From IMG/VR virus record IMGVR_UViG_3300044700_000299, positions 1-62,723 of that record: DNA of 62,723 nucleotides; one strand, written 5' to 3'. The position numbers and the translations under genes were made by a program. The notes below the pieces were generated by a model. The model searched no databases and was not told the DNA's origin. It saw only the letters and a program-made list of their open reading frames with translations. Source of the DNA: a virus (Duplodnaviria; Caudoviricetes). This document shows positions 38,854 through 48,200 of this stretch, in pieces. Each line of letters begins with the position of its first letter. Position 1 is the stretch's first letter.

Positions 38854-39219
38854 ATGGCTAGTATTATTATAAATGAAAAACAATTAGAGAGATTAGTTAG
38901 TAAAGTTAAAACTAACATCAATGAAGGTGGTAATCATGATAACACTCGTTATATGTTCTTTAGTAATTTGGAACAAATGAAAAGACAATGTGAAATGTTA
39001 TTAGATATGGATGAATCTACAATTAATGAGATATTAGAAAACGGTCACGATTGGGCTCAGGACCATATTGCTGAGGCAAAAAACAATATGGACCAAGTAT
39101 TTGATTTCTTAATGAATGAAACTAATGGTGAGGGTGAGGATGATGAAGATTATGGTGATGAAGAAATGGATGATGAAGAAATGGGTGATGATGACATTGA
39201 ATTCGGTGACGATTTTTAG
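38854..39219 (+). CDS. Acidic putative virion protein
   Basis: TATTTAT at 38833; leader MASIIINEKQLERLV...INE; DWAQDHIA. Confidence 0.7.
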   Translation: MASIIINEKQLERLVSKVKTNINEGGNHDNTRYMFFSNLEQMKRQCEMLLDMDESTINEILENGHDWAQDHIAEAKNNMDQVFDFLMNETNGEGEDDEDYGDEEMDDEEMGDDDIEFGDDF

Positions 39220-39276
39220 TTAATTACTATTTGATATTATAAAACCTTTATCTTATAATTAGATAAAGGTTTTTTT

Positions 39277-39798
39277 ATGGAACATCCCCAAGTTAACAAT
39301 AATCCGGTGTTTGTGGACCACCGAGGAACATTTGCCCCACTATCATTAGAATCTTATGATAAGGATTGGTTACAGAGTAACATCAGTTTTAACCCCTTAA
39401 TTCACACTCTAAGAGGTTTACACTTCCAAGTTGGGGAGAAAGCTCAGGCGAAGTTAATTAAAGTAATTACAGGGTCTATAGTTGATTTTATTGTAGATAT
39501 TCGTGAGGACTCTCCTGAGTATATGAAATTATATCATTACGATATGAATTCTGGTGATGAGTTGTTAGTTCCGAGGGGATTTGCTCACGGGTTTATGACA
39601 ACATCATTCAACACTATAGTTCAGTATTTAGTTGATAATGATTATTCACCTGAATCCGAGGGTTCAATTTATTGGAGAGAGATTGAAGGATTATACGGTG
39701 TATTGAATTCATATGTGTTAATAAGAGATTTACAAGATGTTGACTTAACAATGTCAGATAAAGATTATTTAACTAAAAATTTTAAATTAAACAAATAA
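39277..39798 (+). CDS. rmlC: dTDP-4-dehydrorhamnose 3,5-epimerase
   Basis: D.RG.F, LRGLHFQ, QAKL, VDIR..SP, VP.GFAHGF, Y.VDN.Y. Confidence 0.9.
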   Translation: MEHPQVNNNPVFVDHRGTFAPLSLESYDKDWLQSNISFNPLIHTLRGLHFQVGEKAQAKLIKVITGSIVDFIVDIREDSPEYMKLYHYDMNSGDELLVPRGFAHGFMTTSFNTIVQYLVDNDYSPESEGSIYWREIEGLYGVLNSYVLIRDLQDVDLTMSDKDYLTKNFKLNK

Positions 39799-39809
39799 AA
39801 TCTAAAGGT

Positions 39810-40028
39810 ATGTTATACGAAAATGAAATTAAAAAATTAGATGTGTATTTTGAAGGTAAGTATCTTATTGATGAGGAGAAAGACCTTGAGTTAAAGAAAA
39901 TACTAAGTTACGTTATTGAAGAACGTAAAAAGTTCAAACAGATGGTAAAAGAAACTCCAAACGATATGGATTTAGGTAAACTAGTGAGAAGTTATTATAG
40001 AAATTTAAATGAGAACGAAACGATTTAA
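39810..40028 (+). CDS. Hypothetical protein
   Basis: PND..LG..VR motif. Confidence 0.6.
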   Translation: MLYENEIKKLDVYFEGKYLIDEEKDLELKKILSYVIEERKKFKQMVKETPNDMDLGKLVRSYYRNLNENETI

Positions 40029-40218
40029 ATTAGATATACCTGAAAATATTAAAGGTATGACTTTGGACCGAGCAAAAATTGCGTGTATTACTGAAGGGTA
40101 TGTGTTACAAACAAAAGATAGTTCTATTTTAAGTATGGAATTACCTGAAACTTATATTGTTACAGTTACTGAACTTGATTCTGATGGTAAAATATTAAAT
40201 GCCAAGTACGGTAAATAA
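40009..40218 (+). CDS. Hypothetical protein
   Basis: ORF in operon. Confidence 0.55.
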   Translation: MRTKRFKLDIPENIKGMTLDRAKIACITEGYVLQTKDSSILSMELPETYIVTVTELDSDGKILNAKYGK

Positions 40219-40253
40219 GAGTATTCTACATATTTATAATAAAAGTTTATAAC

Positions 40254-40721
40254 ATGGAGAAAGTTTTTAGTAAAAAATCAATATTGAATAAAAGACTATT
40301 CGAACAGGAAGAGGAAAACGACGATACTAACGTTGAAAAATCTGAAGGTAAAGTAAGTGGGTCATTTGTTGATATCGTATCTGGAATGTTACATTCAAGA
40401 ACTCAAATACATATTTATCATTTACAAACTAAATCGTTTGCGGTTCATAAAGCCTTAAATGATTATTATGATGGTGTTGTTGATTTGTTTGACGGTTTGG
40501 TTGAATCATATCAAGGTAAACACGGAATAGTTGAGAACTACAAATGTGATGGTTATGATAATTACTCAAGTGTTAACAGTGCTATCGAATACTTACAGAA
40601 ATTGGATAAGACAATTGAAGGTTCAAGAAAATCTATCAAAGAAAGTTTTATTCAAAATCAGATAGACACAGTTCAGGAATTAATTTATTCAACTATTTAT
40701 AAGTTGAAATTCTTGGAATAA
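40254..40721 (+). CDS. Ferritin/Dps-like four-helix protein (DUF5856-like)
   Basis: Q.H.YH.QT.S.A.HKAL..YYD, D.L.E.YQG..G, YKL.FL; TATTTAT at 40231. Confidence 0.75.
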   Translation: MEKVFSKKSILNKRLFEQEEENDDTNVEKSEGKVSGSFVDIVSGMLHSRTQIHIYHLQTKSFAVHKALNDYYDGVVDLFDGLVESYQGKHGIVENYKCDGYDNYSSVNSAIEYLQKLDKTIEGSRKSIKESFIQNQIDTVQELIYSTIYKLKFLE

Positions 40722-40748
40722 TATACTTTTCATAGTATTTTAATTTTT

Positions 40749-40778
40749 ACCCCAATTTTAATTAGTTGGGGTTTTTTT
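40749..40778. terminator. ACCCCAA-type terminator
   Basis: ACCCCAA...TTGGGGTTTTTTT. Confidence 0.75.
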
Positions 40779-40791
40779 ATATCTTTGTTTT

Positions 40792-41118
40792 ATGGATGAC
40801 AAAGGTAAAGATAAGTTAGCTGAATTACTTGTTGATAAGACAAAATTGGTCGTAAATTACGAAGGGCTTAACTTCATCCAATTCAAGATTGAATTTCCAT
40901 TTTTAAAAGGTGATGTGAATAAAGATTACTATTTAAAACTTGAGTTGGAAAAAGATTCTTGGAATTTTGGAATGCCACCAGGTTATCACTTAATTACTTA
41001 TTTAGAAACTTTATTCAAAATTAAAGGTGAATCAATAATAAGTGAGATTCGTGAATTATATATTGATAAATTTGAAGAAAGAATTAAAAATTTACGAGAA
41101 TACCTATTGACAGATTGA
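40792..41118 (+). CDS. Hypothetical protein
   Basis: TATCTTTG 4 nt before ATG. Confidence 0.65.
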   Translation: MDDKGKDKLAELLVDKTKLVVNYEGLNFIQFKIEFPFLKGDVNKDYYLKLELEKDSWNFGMPPGYHLITYLETLFKIKGESIISEIRELYIDKFEERIKNLREYLLTD

Positions 41119-41135
41119 AATAAAATCTATATGAT
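41107..41135 (+). promoter_or_regulatory. sigma70-like promoter
   Basis: TTGACA-N17-TATGAT. Confidence 0.55.
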
Positions 41136-41161
41136 TGTTATATAAGAAAAAAGATAATAAT

Positions 41162-41596
41162 ATGACAATCAAACAGGCGTTAAAGGAGAAGAACCGATTG
41201 ATTAAAGCAATCGACGATGAGTTCAAAAAAGTTTACTCATACAACTCAATAGATGAGGGTAATGTTAGACCATACTCAACGGTTACGGCATTAGAAAACA
41301 TAATGACTTTGGAAGAAGGTCTAATCGACATCAAAACAAAAATCCATAGAGCAAATATGGGTGTTTACAATAAGATTTTCAGATTGTCTGAATTGAAATC
41401 TTTGGCTAAGAAACTTAACCAAATTGATTGTAGTGAAGGTAAAGTAACTGACAGATACCTTAGAGGTGCTGAACCATCAATTAAAACCGCTGAAGTATCA
41501 GTTGTTGATAGAGACTCACGAGTTAAAATGATTGAAGAAGAGATTGAACAATTGCAAGAAGAGTTAGATACTCACAACGCAACGACATCAATATAA
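41162..41596 (+). CDS. DIP1984/DUF6847 (septicolysin-like) coiled-coil protein
   Basis: M.I.QAL....RL, EG..P, I..AN, C-terminal E...LQ..LD..NATT.I. Confidence 0.7.
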   Translation: MTIKQALKEKNRLIKAIDDEFKKVYSYNSIDEGNVRPYSTVTALENIMTLEEGLIDIKTKIHRANMGVYNKIFRLSELKSLAKKLNQIDCSEGKVTDRYLRGAEPSIKTAEVSVVDRDSRVKMIEEEIEQLQEELDTHNATTSI

Positions 41597-41769
41597 TCGG
41601 ACTTGTTGTTGACTAACAAATATATTACTATTAGACATTCAGTGATGTTCGATGTTTGTGAATGTGATGCCGACTCAAAGTTCAACTATCAAAAGTATTC
41701 AAAGTTCAACCATTAAACTTTAAAACTCATCTAACCTGGTATTTGTTTTTCGACACAATAAGATTATAT
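41591..41769 (+). ncRNA. Candidate structured RNA with 7-nt periodic TYAA array
   Basis: Long closing stem 41591-41623 with 41739-41769; inner ACATTCA/TGAATGT helix; array at 41675-41730. Confidence 0.6.
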
Positions 41770-41771
41770 CT

Positions 41772-41801
41772 CCCCCCATCTGTTAAAGGTGGGGGTTTTT
41801 T
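41772..41801 (+). terminator. Intrinsic terminator
   Basis: CCCCCATC...GGTGGGGGTTTTTT. Confidence 0.8.
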
Positions 41802-41833
41802 AATTATATTTGTATTTAGTAATATTTATTGAT

Positions 41834-42514
41834 ATGGAAGACAAAAAATATATTGAAATCTTTAACAAATACTATAAAAACGCACTTGATATTGAGGGTA
41901 TCAAATTTAAGTTGATAGGTATCAATAACCCTGGCGTCGGTAACACATTAATCAATGAACAATTGGTTTTTATAATGTCAAATGATGCTGATTTATCTTA
42001 TAATAGAATTGCGTTAGAAGAATTAATTAAGGAGAAAATTCAAAAGTTTAACAGGTTATTTAGTTTGGGGAATTTTGGTTTTGACCAAGTTGAAATTAAA
42101 AATACTGATGGAGTTCATATTGGTAAAGGTGATAATGTTGGGGAATTAATAAGTGGTGTATTTGAGAGGGTTAATAAATTAGTGACTTATAAATATTATT
42201 CAACTGACTATCGTCAAGAAGTAATAGATATGTATATGGTTAAACACATTTCATTTACATATGAAATGACAGGTGATTTTATACGGTTTGTAAATAAAGT
42301 AAGACCACTAAAAGGTTATGTGGTTTCATTTAACACTAAACAACCTCTTGAAGGGCTTGACCTTGAGGATGCTGAATATGTATATCAGGAAGGTTTTAGA
42401 GGTTCGTATGAGGAAACTGAAATTAATTATCTGGATATTGATATGATTGAATTTCCAGAAAGATTCGTTGTTAGTGAATTCCAATCAACTTATGTATATA
42501 CTGAGTTTATATAA
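41834..42514 (+). CDS. Hypothetical protein
   Basis: TATTTAT-TGAT-ATG start. Confidence 0.65.
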   Translation: MEDKKYIEIFNKYYKNALDIEGIKFKLIGINNPGVGNTLINEQLVFIMSNDADLSYNRIALEELIKEKIQKFNRLFSLGNFGFDQVEIKNTDGVHIGKGDNVGELISGVFERVNKLVTYKYYSTDYRQEVIDMYMVKHISFTYEMTGDFIRFVNKVRPLKGYVVSFNTKQPLEGLDLEDAEYVYQEGFRGSYEETEINYLDIDMIEFPERFVVSEFQSTYVYTEFI

Positions 42515-42540
42515 AAAAACCCCCAAGATAGGGGGTTTTT
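42513..42540. terminator. Bidirectional terminator
   Basis: AAAAAAACCCCC-aagata-GGGGGTTTTT between convergent genes. Confidence 0.8.
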
Positions 42541-42542
42541 AG

Positions 42543-43151
42543 TTATTTGATATCTGTTGATTCTAATAATGTGTAACTGAATTTGTTACCGTGAATTTTA
42601 GCAGCTTTTTTACAGATTGACATAAAGACATCAAAGTCTTTTACTCTTTTGAATACCTGACATCCTTCAGACCAATTTTCAACCCAAGTTGAATCAATAC
42701 CAGCTTTGTGTATGTTAATACCAAACATACCATTATCCTTAACAGTTTCTTCAAACAGTAAGTTTTTGTTAGCATCTCTCCAAACATCAACTTTATTTAA
42801 TCTTTGACAAAGTGCTTCGTATTTCCCCTGATGTTTATCAATTGCCCAAGTTGTACGATATTGATTAGGCACTAATCTAGCGACTCCTTTATTGTTGTGA
42901 AATTCCATAACACCTTTTTTACCTGGGTCAGTTGTTGCGTTCCAACAATAGAATTGCCAAACACCTTTCTCATCTTTAAATGAAATTGTGATATGGTCAT
43001 CAAATACGTTAGTTACCTTTTTAGCAACTGATGGTGAATTGTTTCTAACACCAATGATATTAACATCGTAAGATTTATTAGCATCATCGTTAAACCACTT
43101 ATATCCTTTTGATTTAAGTGCTGATTCAATCTGTTCTCTTGTATAAGACAT
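42543..43151 (-). CDS. Putative peptidoglycan hydrolase/endolysin (L,D-transpeptidase-like His/Cys motif)
   Basis: NIIGVRN, FDD, ATTDPG, GINIH...WSEGCQV; TATTTAT (minus strand) at 43181. Confidence 0.65.
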   Translation of the reverse strand: MSYTREQIESALKSKGYKWFNDDANKSYDVNIIGVRNNSPSVAKKVTNVFDDHITISFKDEKGVWQFYCWNATTDPGKKGVMEFHNNKGVARLVPNQYRTTWAIDKHQGKYEALCQRLNKVDVWRDANKNLLFEETVKDNGMFGINIHKAGIDSTWVENWSEGCQVFKRVKDFDVFMSICKKAAKIHGNKFSYTLLESTDIK

Positions 43152-43302
43152 AATTAATTTTTTTTTTGTTTATTTTAATTATAAATATGTGGTCAGGTAT
43201 ATTTATAAGTTTAACCCCCGAAAAGATATGAACGAGACGATTTTTGACTATGATGATGATGAGTTTGGAGACCACACTATCTGCACATTTTAATGTGAAT
43301 GG

Positions 43303-43471
43303 TATGGATGAAACTATTGGAAAATTGATTAAGAAGATAATTGATAAACAATTAAACTCGCCGCAGTGTGGCGAGTTTTCATCAGAAATTGATTATGATA
43401 AAATCATAAAAGATTTAAAGAAATTGAAAAAAAGGTTAAGTACTGGTATGGTTATTGATGATGATAAGTAA
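43303..43471 (+). CDS. Small hypothetical protein (start uncertain)
   Basis: MDETIGKLIKK... portion of the track ORF. Confidence 0.4.
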
Positions 43472-43579
43472 AACTTATATTATGATACACAATACAGAAG
43501 CCATCGTTCAAATTACACTGTCATCAGTTCTAACATTATTAGTTATCGCTCATTTAGTGATTACTAAAGTGAGGGGGAA

Positions 43580-44077
43580 TTAAATTGGTTTAACATCACG
43601 TTTATGAATACCCCAATCATCCATTGAACCTTCTAAATGGTCCTGACTCATTTCTTTACCACTATATAAATCTAACGCACCGTCATATTCTAATTCATTA
43701 AATAGATTAATAGCGTCGGAACTATCACCATACGACTCAACTTTTTCCATGTATTCAGTTCTAGTAACACTAGTTTCAATAACCCAATATGGTATTTGAT
43801 AAGTGTTAAATTGAGGTTCAATTAAATTATCATAATCTTCGTTTTTTAAACTATTATTATTTAATTTAATAAAATTAACAATGTATGATGTGTCAAGTCT
43901 TAAATCATCAGATTTGATACCAAATAATTTAAGTAACTTACTAACTTGATTTAATATATCACCATATTCGATATAATCAAACTGATATTCTAAGATACCT
44001 TCAAGTAAATCTGTGGTTTTATAAAGACGTTTAACAATCGCGTGTTTTAATTTTTCAGGTTGGTCTCCTAATCTCAT
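43580..44077 (-). CDS. Hypothetical protein
   Basis: TATTTAT (minus strand) at 44096. Confidence 0.65.
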   Translation of the reverse strand: MRLGDQPEKLKHAIVKRLYKTTDLLEGILEYQFDYIEYGDILNQVSKLLKLFGIKSDDLRLDTSYIVNFIKLNNNSLKNEDYDNLIEPQFNTYQIPYWVIETSVTRTEYMEKVESYGDSSDAINLFNELEYDGALDLYSGKEMSQDHLEGSMDDWGIHKRDVKPI

Positions 44078-44150
44078 AATGTTAAATTTATATGTATAAA
44101 TAGTTGAGTTGTTTAATAATTTTAGTTACTTTTATTCAAAAGAAAAATAT

Positions 44151-44366
44151 ATGCAAACATTAGTATTTAACACAACAACAAAAACTGCAAAACTTTATGA
44201 AGGGATTGCTGAAGGTACAACCCTAATCGCTCACTACACTGACGTTCCAACTGTGAAAGTTATGGATGATGGGTATTACCAAGTAATGCAAAGAGACGCA
44301 TTAGAAAAACAATTACCGGTACTAAGAGTTCCAATCGCTAACACCAATATGTTTATTAAAGAGTAA
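44151..44366 (+). CDS. Hypothetical protein
   Basis: MQTLVFNTT start; TAATG coupling downstream. Confidence 0.65.
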   Translation: MQTLVFNTTTKTAKLYEGIAEGTTLIAHYTDVPTVKVMDDGYYQVMQRDALEKQLPVLRVPIANTNMFIKE

Positions 44367-44677
44367 TGAAATCAATCAGTCAAATTTTTAGAAGTAACAG
44401 AGAATTAATGGATGAACCTGAAGTTCAGGAGTTAATCGAATATTGCCGTGAATTGGAGGGGCAAGTTATGGATAGAAAGATTGATGATAATTACGATAAG
44501 GAACATGTTCTACGTAGTATGTTAAAGGACATTAGAACAGGTATTGATGACACATTAAAAGACGACGAGGAATCAATCAGATTCAATGAAACACCAAGAG
44601 TTGATTTCAAAGATGCTATGTTGAATTTGAAAAAATTCCTTGCCGAAATGTGTTTTATTAACAAAATTATTTTATGA
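44366..44677 (+). CDS. Hypothetical protein
   Basis: Coupled ORF. Confidence 0.65.
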   Translation: MKSISQIFRSNRELMDEPEVQELIEYCRELEGQVMDRKIDDNYDKEHVLRSMLKDIRTGIDDTLKDDEESIRFNETPRVDFKDAMLNLKKFLAEMCFINKIIL

Positions 44678-45060
44678 AGAAAAGAGTTTATTTAGTCGAT
44701 ATTGATGGGACTATTTGTGATGATATAAAGAACGAAGAGAGTCATTTATATCCTGACGCTAAAGTATATGATGGTGCTTTAGAGGAATTGAATAAGTTGT
44801 ATGATGAAGGTAACATTATAACATTCTTCACCGCCAGGGAAAGTAAAGACCGTGAGGTTACTGAAATGTGGTTAAAGGATAATGGGTTCAAGTATCACGG
44901 ATTAATCACTGACAAACCAAGAATCAAAGATGCTCAGGAGTATGTTTGGATAGACAACATTCCAATCAGAGGTATCACCTATAAAGGTAAGTGGTCACCA
45001 ATCATTGAGAAACAATTATTCTGTGATGAGGTGAAATCAATGTTGATGTTTAAGAAATGA
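44674..45060 (+). CDS. HAD-superfamily phosphatase-like protein
   Basis: DIDGT, FTAR, KP, WIDN. Confidence 0.8.
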   Translation: MKKRVYLVDIDGTICDDIKNEESHLYPDAKVYDGALEELNKLYDEGNIITFFTARESKDREVTEMWLKDNGFKYHGLITDKPRIKDAQEYVWIDNIPIRGITYKGKWSPIIEKQLFCDEVKSMLMFKK

Positions 45061-45087
45061 AAAAAGGGGTCTAATTCGACCCCTTTT
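45061..45087. terminator. Bidirectional terminator overlapping the RlpA-like stop codon
   Basis: AAAAGGGGTC-taattc-GACCCCTTTT. Confidence 0.75.
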
Positions 45088-45406
45088 CAATTGGAATTAC
45101 TTTTACTCTAATACGTCCCACTTGATGGTTTGCTAACTTGCCAAATGATTTTTTACTTAAATCAATCCTGTTTTGTGATTTATTACCCATCCTATCGGTA
45201 ATTTCAACAGTATCTGATTTATTGTTTGATAAGTTAACAACGACTACTTTTGAACGTAATGGTAAGTAATTGTATGCTGCCGTTGAATATTCTCTATGAA
45301 CTTTTGGATGACCTGTTGTGTCATACCAAGTTGCGGTATGAACGTCAGGTTGAGTGTTCGTTAGGGAGGTTAATGACAGACATAATAAAATAAATATTAC
45401 TCTCAT
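45071..45406 (-). CDS. RlpA-like double-psi beta-barrel lytic transglycosylase, secreted
   Basis: Signal peptide, ATWY, TAA...LP, V.ITDR, IDLS..SF..L. Confidence 0.8.
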   Translation of the reverse strand: MRVIFILLCLSLTSLTNTQPDVHTATWYDTTGHPKVHREYSTAAYNYLPLRSKVVVVNLSNNKSDTVEITDRMGNKSQNRIDLSKKSFGKLANHQVGRIRVKVIPIEKGSN

Positions 45407-45473
45407 AGTATATAAGTATACGTACAATCTTGACAAAAGGAAAGATTTAAGTATTTATTAATAAAAATCTGAT

Positions 45474-46607
45474 ATGAAACATAAAATAATAATTACCGAA
45501 TCTCAATATGGTGCTTTGTTGTCAAAATTAAACGAACAAAGTAGTATGCAATTTGGTGGTCAAAAACTTCGTTTTGGTAAAAGTAAATTTGAAAAAAATG
45601 AGTTTAATCAAAGTGGTGGTAAATATAGTGTAACAATCCCTGAAAATGAATGGGACTCGTATATTGCTAAAAATGAGAATGAAATAATCTCAATTTTTAA
45701 GAAAAATGGTTCTAAGGTAAGTATTACTAATTGGTCTGAAATTAAGATGAGTGATAAAAGATTCGCTGTTGGTATATTAGAGGCGTTTATTGATGGTGAT
45801 TTTACAAGTATTAGAATTACGAAAAAAGGTGAAACTGTTACAGAACCTGCTAAAACAGATGATGGTAGTAAGACATATCCGTCAGAGGTATTTAGTTTAC
45901 CGGCATCAGTTCCACCTAACTCAGATTTCTTTGTTGATAATGAGTGGATTTTAACTGACGTGTTTAAACAAATGGTTGAAAGTGATATCGTGAATATAAT
46001 TACAACTAATGTTGATAAAATAATACAACAATTTCCACAGGCAAAAGACAGACCTAATGTGTATTTAAGAAGTTTAAGTATTGACACATCATGTTCTACT
46101 TTACCTAATGGAATTCCTAAGAATAGTCCTGGAGCGGCTAATTACTCAAAAGGAATAACATTCGTTCAATTATCCACGGAAAGAAATAATGCCGCTAAAC
46201 AATACATAATTGAAAGATTAAAACAATTGAGTGTTGGTATTGATGATAATACTAAAATAAGTCAAAACCCTAATGGTTCTAATAAAGGTAATTTACTTGG
46301 GACTTCGGGACCAACTTGGAATTCAGGTTTAAGTAAGGTTGAAAAAAATAAATTAAGACCTCAATATGAGCAATATAAATACGCTAAAATAAATCTTGAT
46401 TTACAATTTAATACGTATCAACCAATACCAGGTCCTGAGTCAGGTAGTACAACACCTAATAAAGTAATTACAAGTGTAGATTACGATGTAAGAATGACTA
46501 AATATAAAGGTGGGTTTACTATTAACATACCTAAATTTAGTTTCAAGTTCGGTAAGAACAAAGGATGGAAAGGGACTAGAAGTTTGGCTTGTCCTTATTT
46601 CGGGTAA
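45474..46607 (+). CDS. Putative virion protein with OmpA-C-like motif
   Basis: TATTTAT at 45452; leader IIITESQY..LL..LNEQ; LS.ER...AK.YI. Confidence 0.6.
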   Translation: MKHKIIITESQYGALLSKLNEQSSMQFGGQKLRFGKSKFEKNEFNQSGGKYSVTIPENEWDSYIAKNENEIISIFKKNGSKVSITNWSEIKMSDKRFAVGILEAFIDGDFTSIRITKKGETVTEPAKTDDGSKTYPSEVFSLPASVPPNSDFFVDNEWILTDVFKQMVESDIVNIITTNVDKIIQQFPQAKDRPNVYLRSLSIDTSCSTLPNGIPKNSPGAANYSKGITFVQLSTERNNAAKQYIIERLKQLSVGIDDNTKISQNPNGSNKGNLLGTSGPTWNSGLSKVEKNKLRPQYEQYKYAKINLDLQFNTYQPIPGPESGSTTPNKVITSVDYDVRMTKYKGGFTINIPKFSFKFGKNKGWKGTRSLACPYFG

Positions 46608-46624
46608 AATAATGGATATTAAGG

Positions 46625-46651
46625 AAAGGGGTGTTTTACACCCCTTTTTTT
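46625..46651. terminator. Bidirectional terminator
   Basis: AAAGGGGTGT-ttt-ACACCCCTTTTTT. Confidence 0.75.
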
Positions 46652-47216
46652 ATTTTACCATACCTCTGATTACGATATTGATAGTTGAATCAGTGAATGT
46701 TAATCCGAAACCGTATGTTTTATAGTTATCAGATAGTAACAAATCCATGTGGTCGTCAGAACGAACAAAACTATCGAATACAGTTTCAGCGATTATTTTA
46801 TTGATATCACCATCAATTTTTTTAGTGGAAGTTAAAAATGTCATTAATAACAAGTTAATACATTCCATAGAGTTTTTACCGATGTTATTTGAGTGTGCGT
46901 ATTTTTTAGTTAATGTTCTTGAGAATTTTTCGCACACATTAGATAACGAGTCAGAAGATTTAACAGTTGGTTTACCATAATCTTTTCTAAATTCATTGAA
47001 AGATACTGATAAGTATTTTTTGATTTTAATTGTGTCGATAACACCAATTAAAGAATCAACTTTAAACATATCAAATCTACCACCATTTTTTGGTACTGCA
47101 GTTTTTGATTGGTTTTCAAATTTCCAAATGTCAGAGTATAACTTGTATTTAGTCACACCTTGAGAGTTAACGTTGAACGTTAATAAGATTGTCAATATCA
47201 AGAATAATGTTTTCAT
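46650..47216 (-). CDS. Secreted CAP/SCP-domain-like protein
   Basis: Signal peptide; N.FR...G, H, E, S..H..LLL...Y..YGFG. Confidence 0.7.
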   Translation of the reverse strand: MKTLFLILTILLTFNVNSQGVTKYKLYSDIWKFENQSKTAVPKNGGRFDMFKVDSLIGVIDTIKIKKYLSVSFNEFRKDYGKPTVKSSDSLSNVCEKFSRTLTKKYAHSNNIGKNSMECINLLLMTFLTSTKKIDGDINKIIAETVFDSFVRSDDHMDLLLSDNYKTYGFGLTFTDSTINIVIRGMVK

Positions 47217-47300
47217 AGTATGATGTGTTTGTCTTATAAAAATACAACAATTATCCTTTACTCAAACAATTTCTTGAGTATTTATTAATAAAGTTTTAGA

Positions 47301-48200
47301 ATGAAAAAAATATTGTTAGAAGAAATTAGTAGGATAAAAGTAATGATGGGTCTTAACGATGACTTATTAACTGAGGGTTCTAAATTAAAAATACTAACAG
47401 ATAAATTAGGGTTAAGTCAAGAGGCTGCCGAGTATTTGGAAAAAACTTGTGGTTCTAGTTCGGTGTGGATGTTTCATAAACTATTAGATAAACTTAATTT
47501 AATTTATAAAGTTTTTTCTGATGATAAAGAATTGGTGGATATTATTTTAGTCGCTGATGGTCTTAAAACTTGGAATGAATTTGTAGTTAAACAACTAGGT
47601 GTTACAATTCTTAGTGATATGGAAATTCGACGAGATATTCCAAAAATTATGGATTGGATTACTGTTACATTAAAAGGAAATTGGAAACCATTCGAAAATG
47701 ATACTTTCGACGAATTAGTGCAAAAAAGTAAAGAATTAACTAATTATATTGAAAAAAATCCTGTAATATTAGATTTCCGTGATAAAGAAGGTAATGGGTT
47801 CTATTGGGCGTATTTAGAGGGAAATACTTCAAAAGAAGAGTGTGATAGAATGGGACATTGTGGTAGGTCTGATAAAGGTCAATTATATTCGTTAAGAAGT
47901 TCTAAATATTATCATGGTATATTAGAAAATAAAAGTCATTTAACCGCGGCAATTGGGAATGGTCTGTTATATCAGTTAAAAGGTGTTAAGAATTCTAAAC
48001 CAAAAGAAGGATATCATAAATATATTTTACCATTGTTTTACGATAAAAGATATGGTGACTACTTAATTAAAGGAATTGGTTCGGAATATGAAACGGGTGC
48101 AGACTTTAAAATTGATGATTTATCTGATAATATGAAAACAGAGTTAAAAAATAAAAGACCTGATTTATTTGGGGGTGATGTAAATAATGAAATGAAATAA
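47301..48200 (+). CDS. Putative virion protein, paralogue A (MGHCGR family)
   Basis: TATTTAT at 47279; shares GFYWA, E...MGHCGR, YSLR, SHLT.A, QLKG.KNSKP with the next gene. Confidence 0.7.
   Translation: MKKILLEEISRIKVMMGLNDDLLTEGSKLKILTDKLGLSQEAAEYLEKTCGSSSVWMFHKLLDKLNLIYKVFSDDKELVDIILVADGLKTWNEFVVKQLGVTILSDMEIRRDIPKIMDWITVTLKGNWKPFENDTFDELVQKSKELTNYIEKNPVILDFRDKEGNGFYWAYLEGNTSKEECDRMGHCGRSDKGQLYSLRSSKYYHGILENKSHLTAAIGNGLLYQLKGVKNSKPKEGYHKYILPLFYDKRYGDYLIKGIGSEYETGADFKIDDLSDNMKTELKNKRPDLFGGDVNNEMK

Noticed and set aside
41591-41769. Retron msr-msd
   Set aside because: Terminal inverted repeats are similar in outline, but there is no reverse transcriptase nearby
43228-43293. 21-aa ORF or frameshift joining to the 43244 ORF
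   Set aside because: Too short to support and no slippery site or homology evidence
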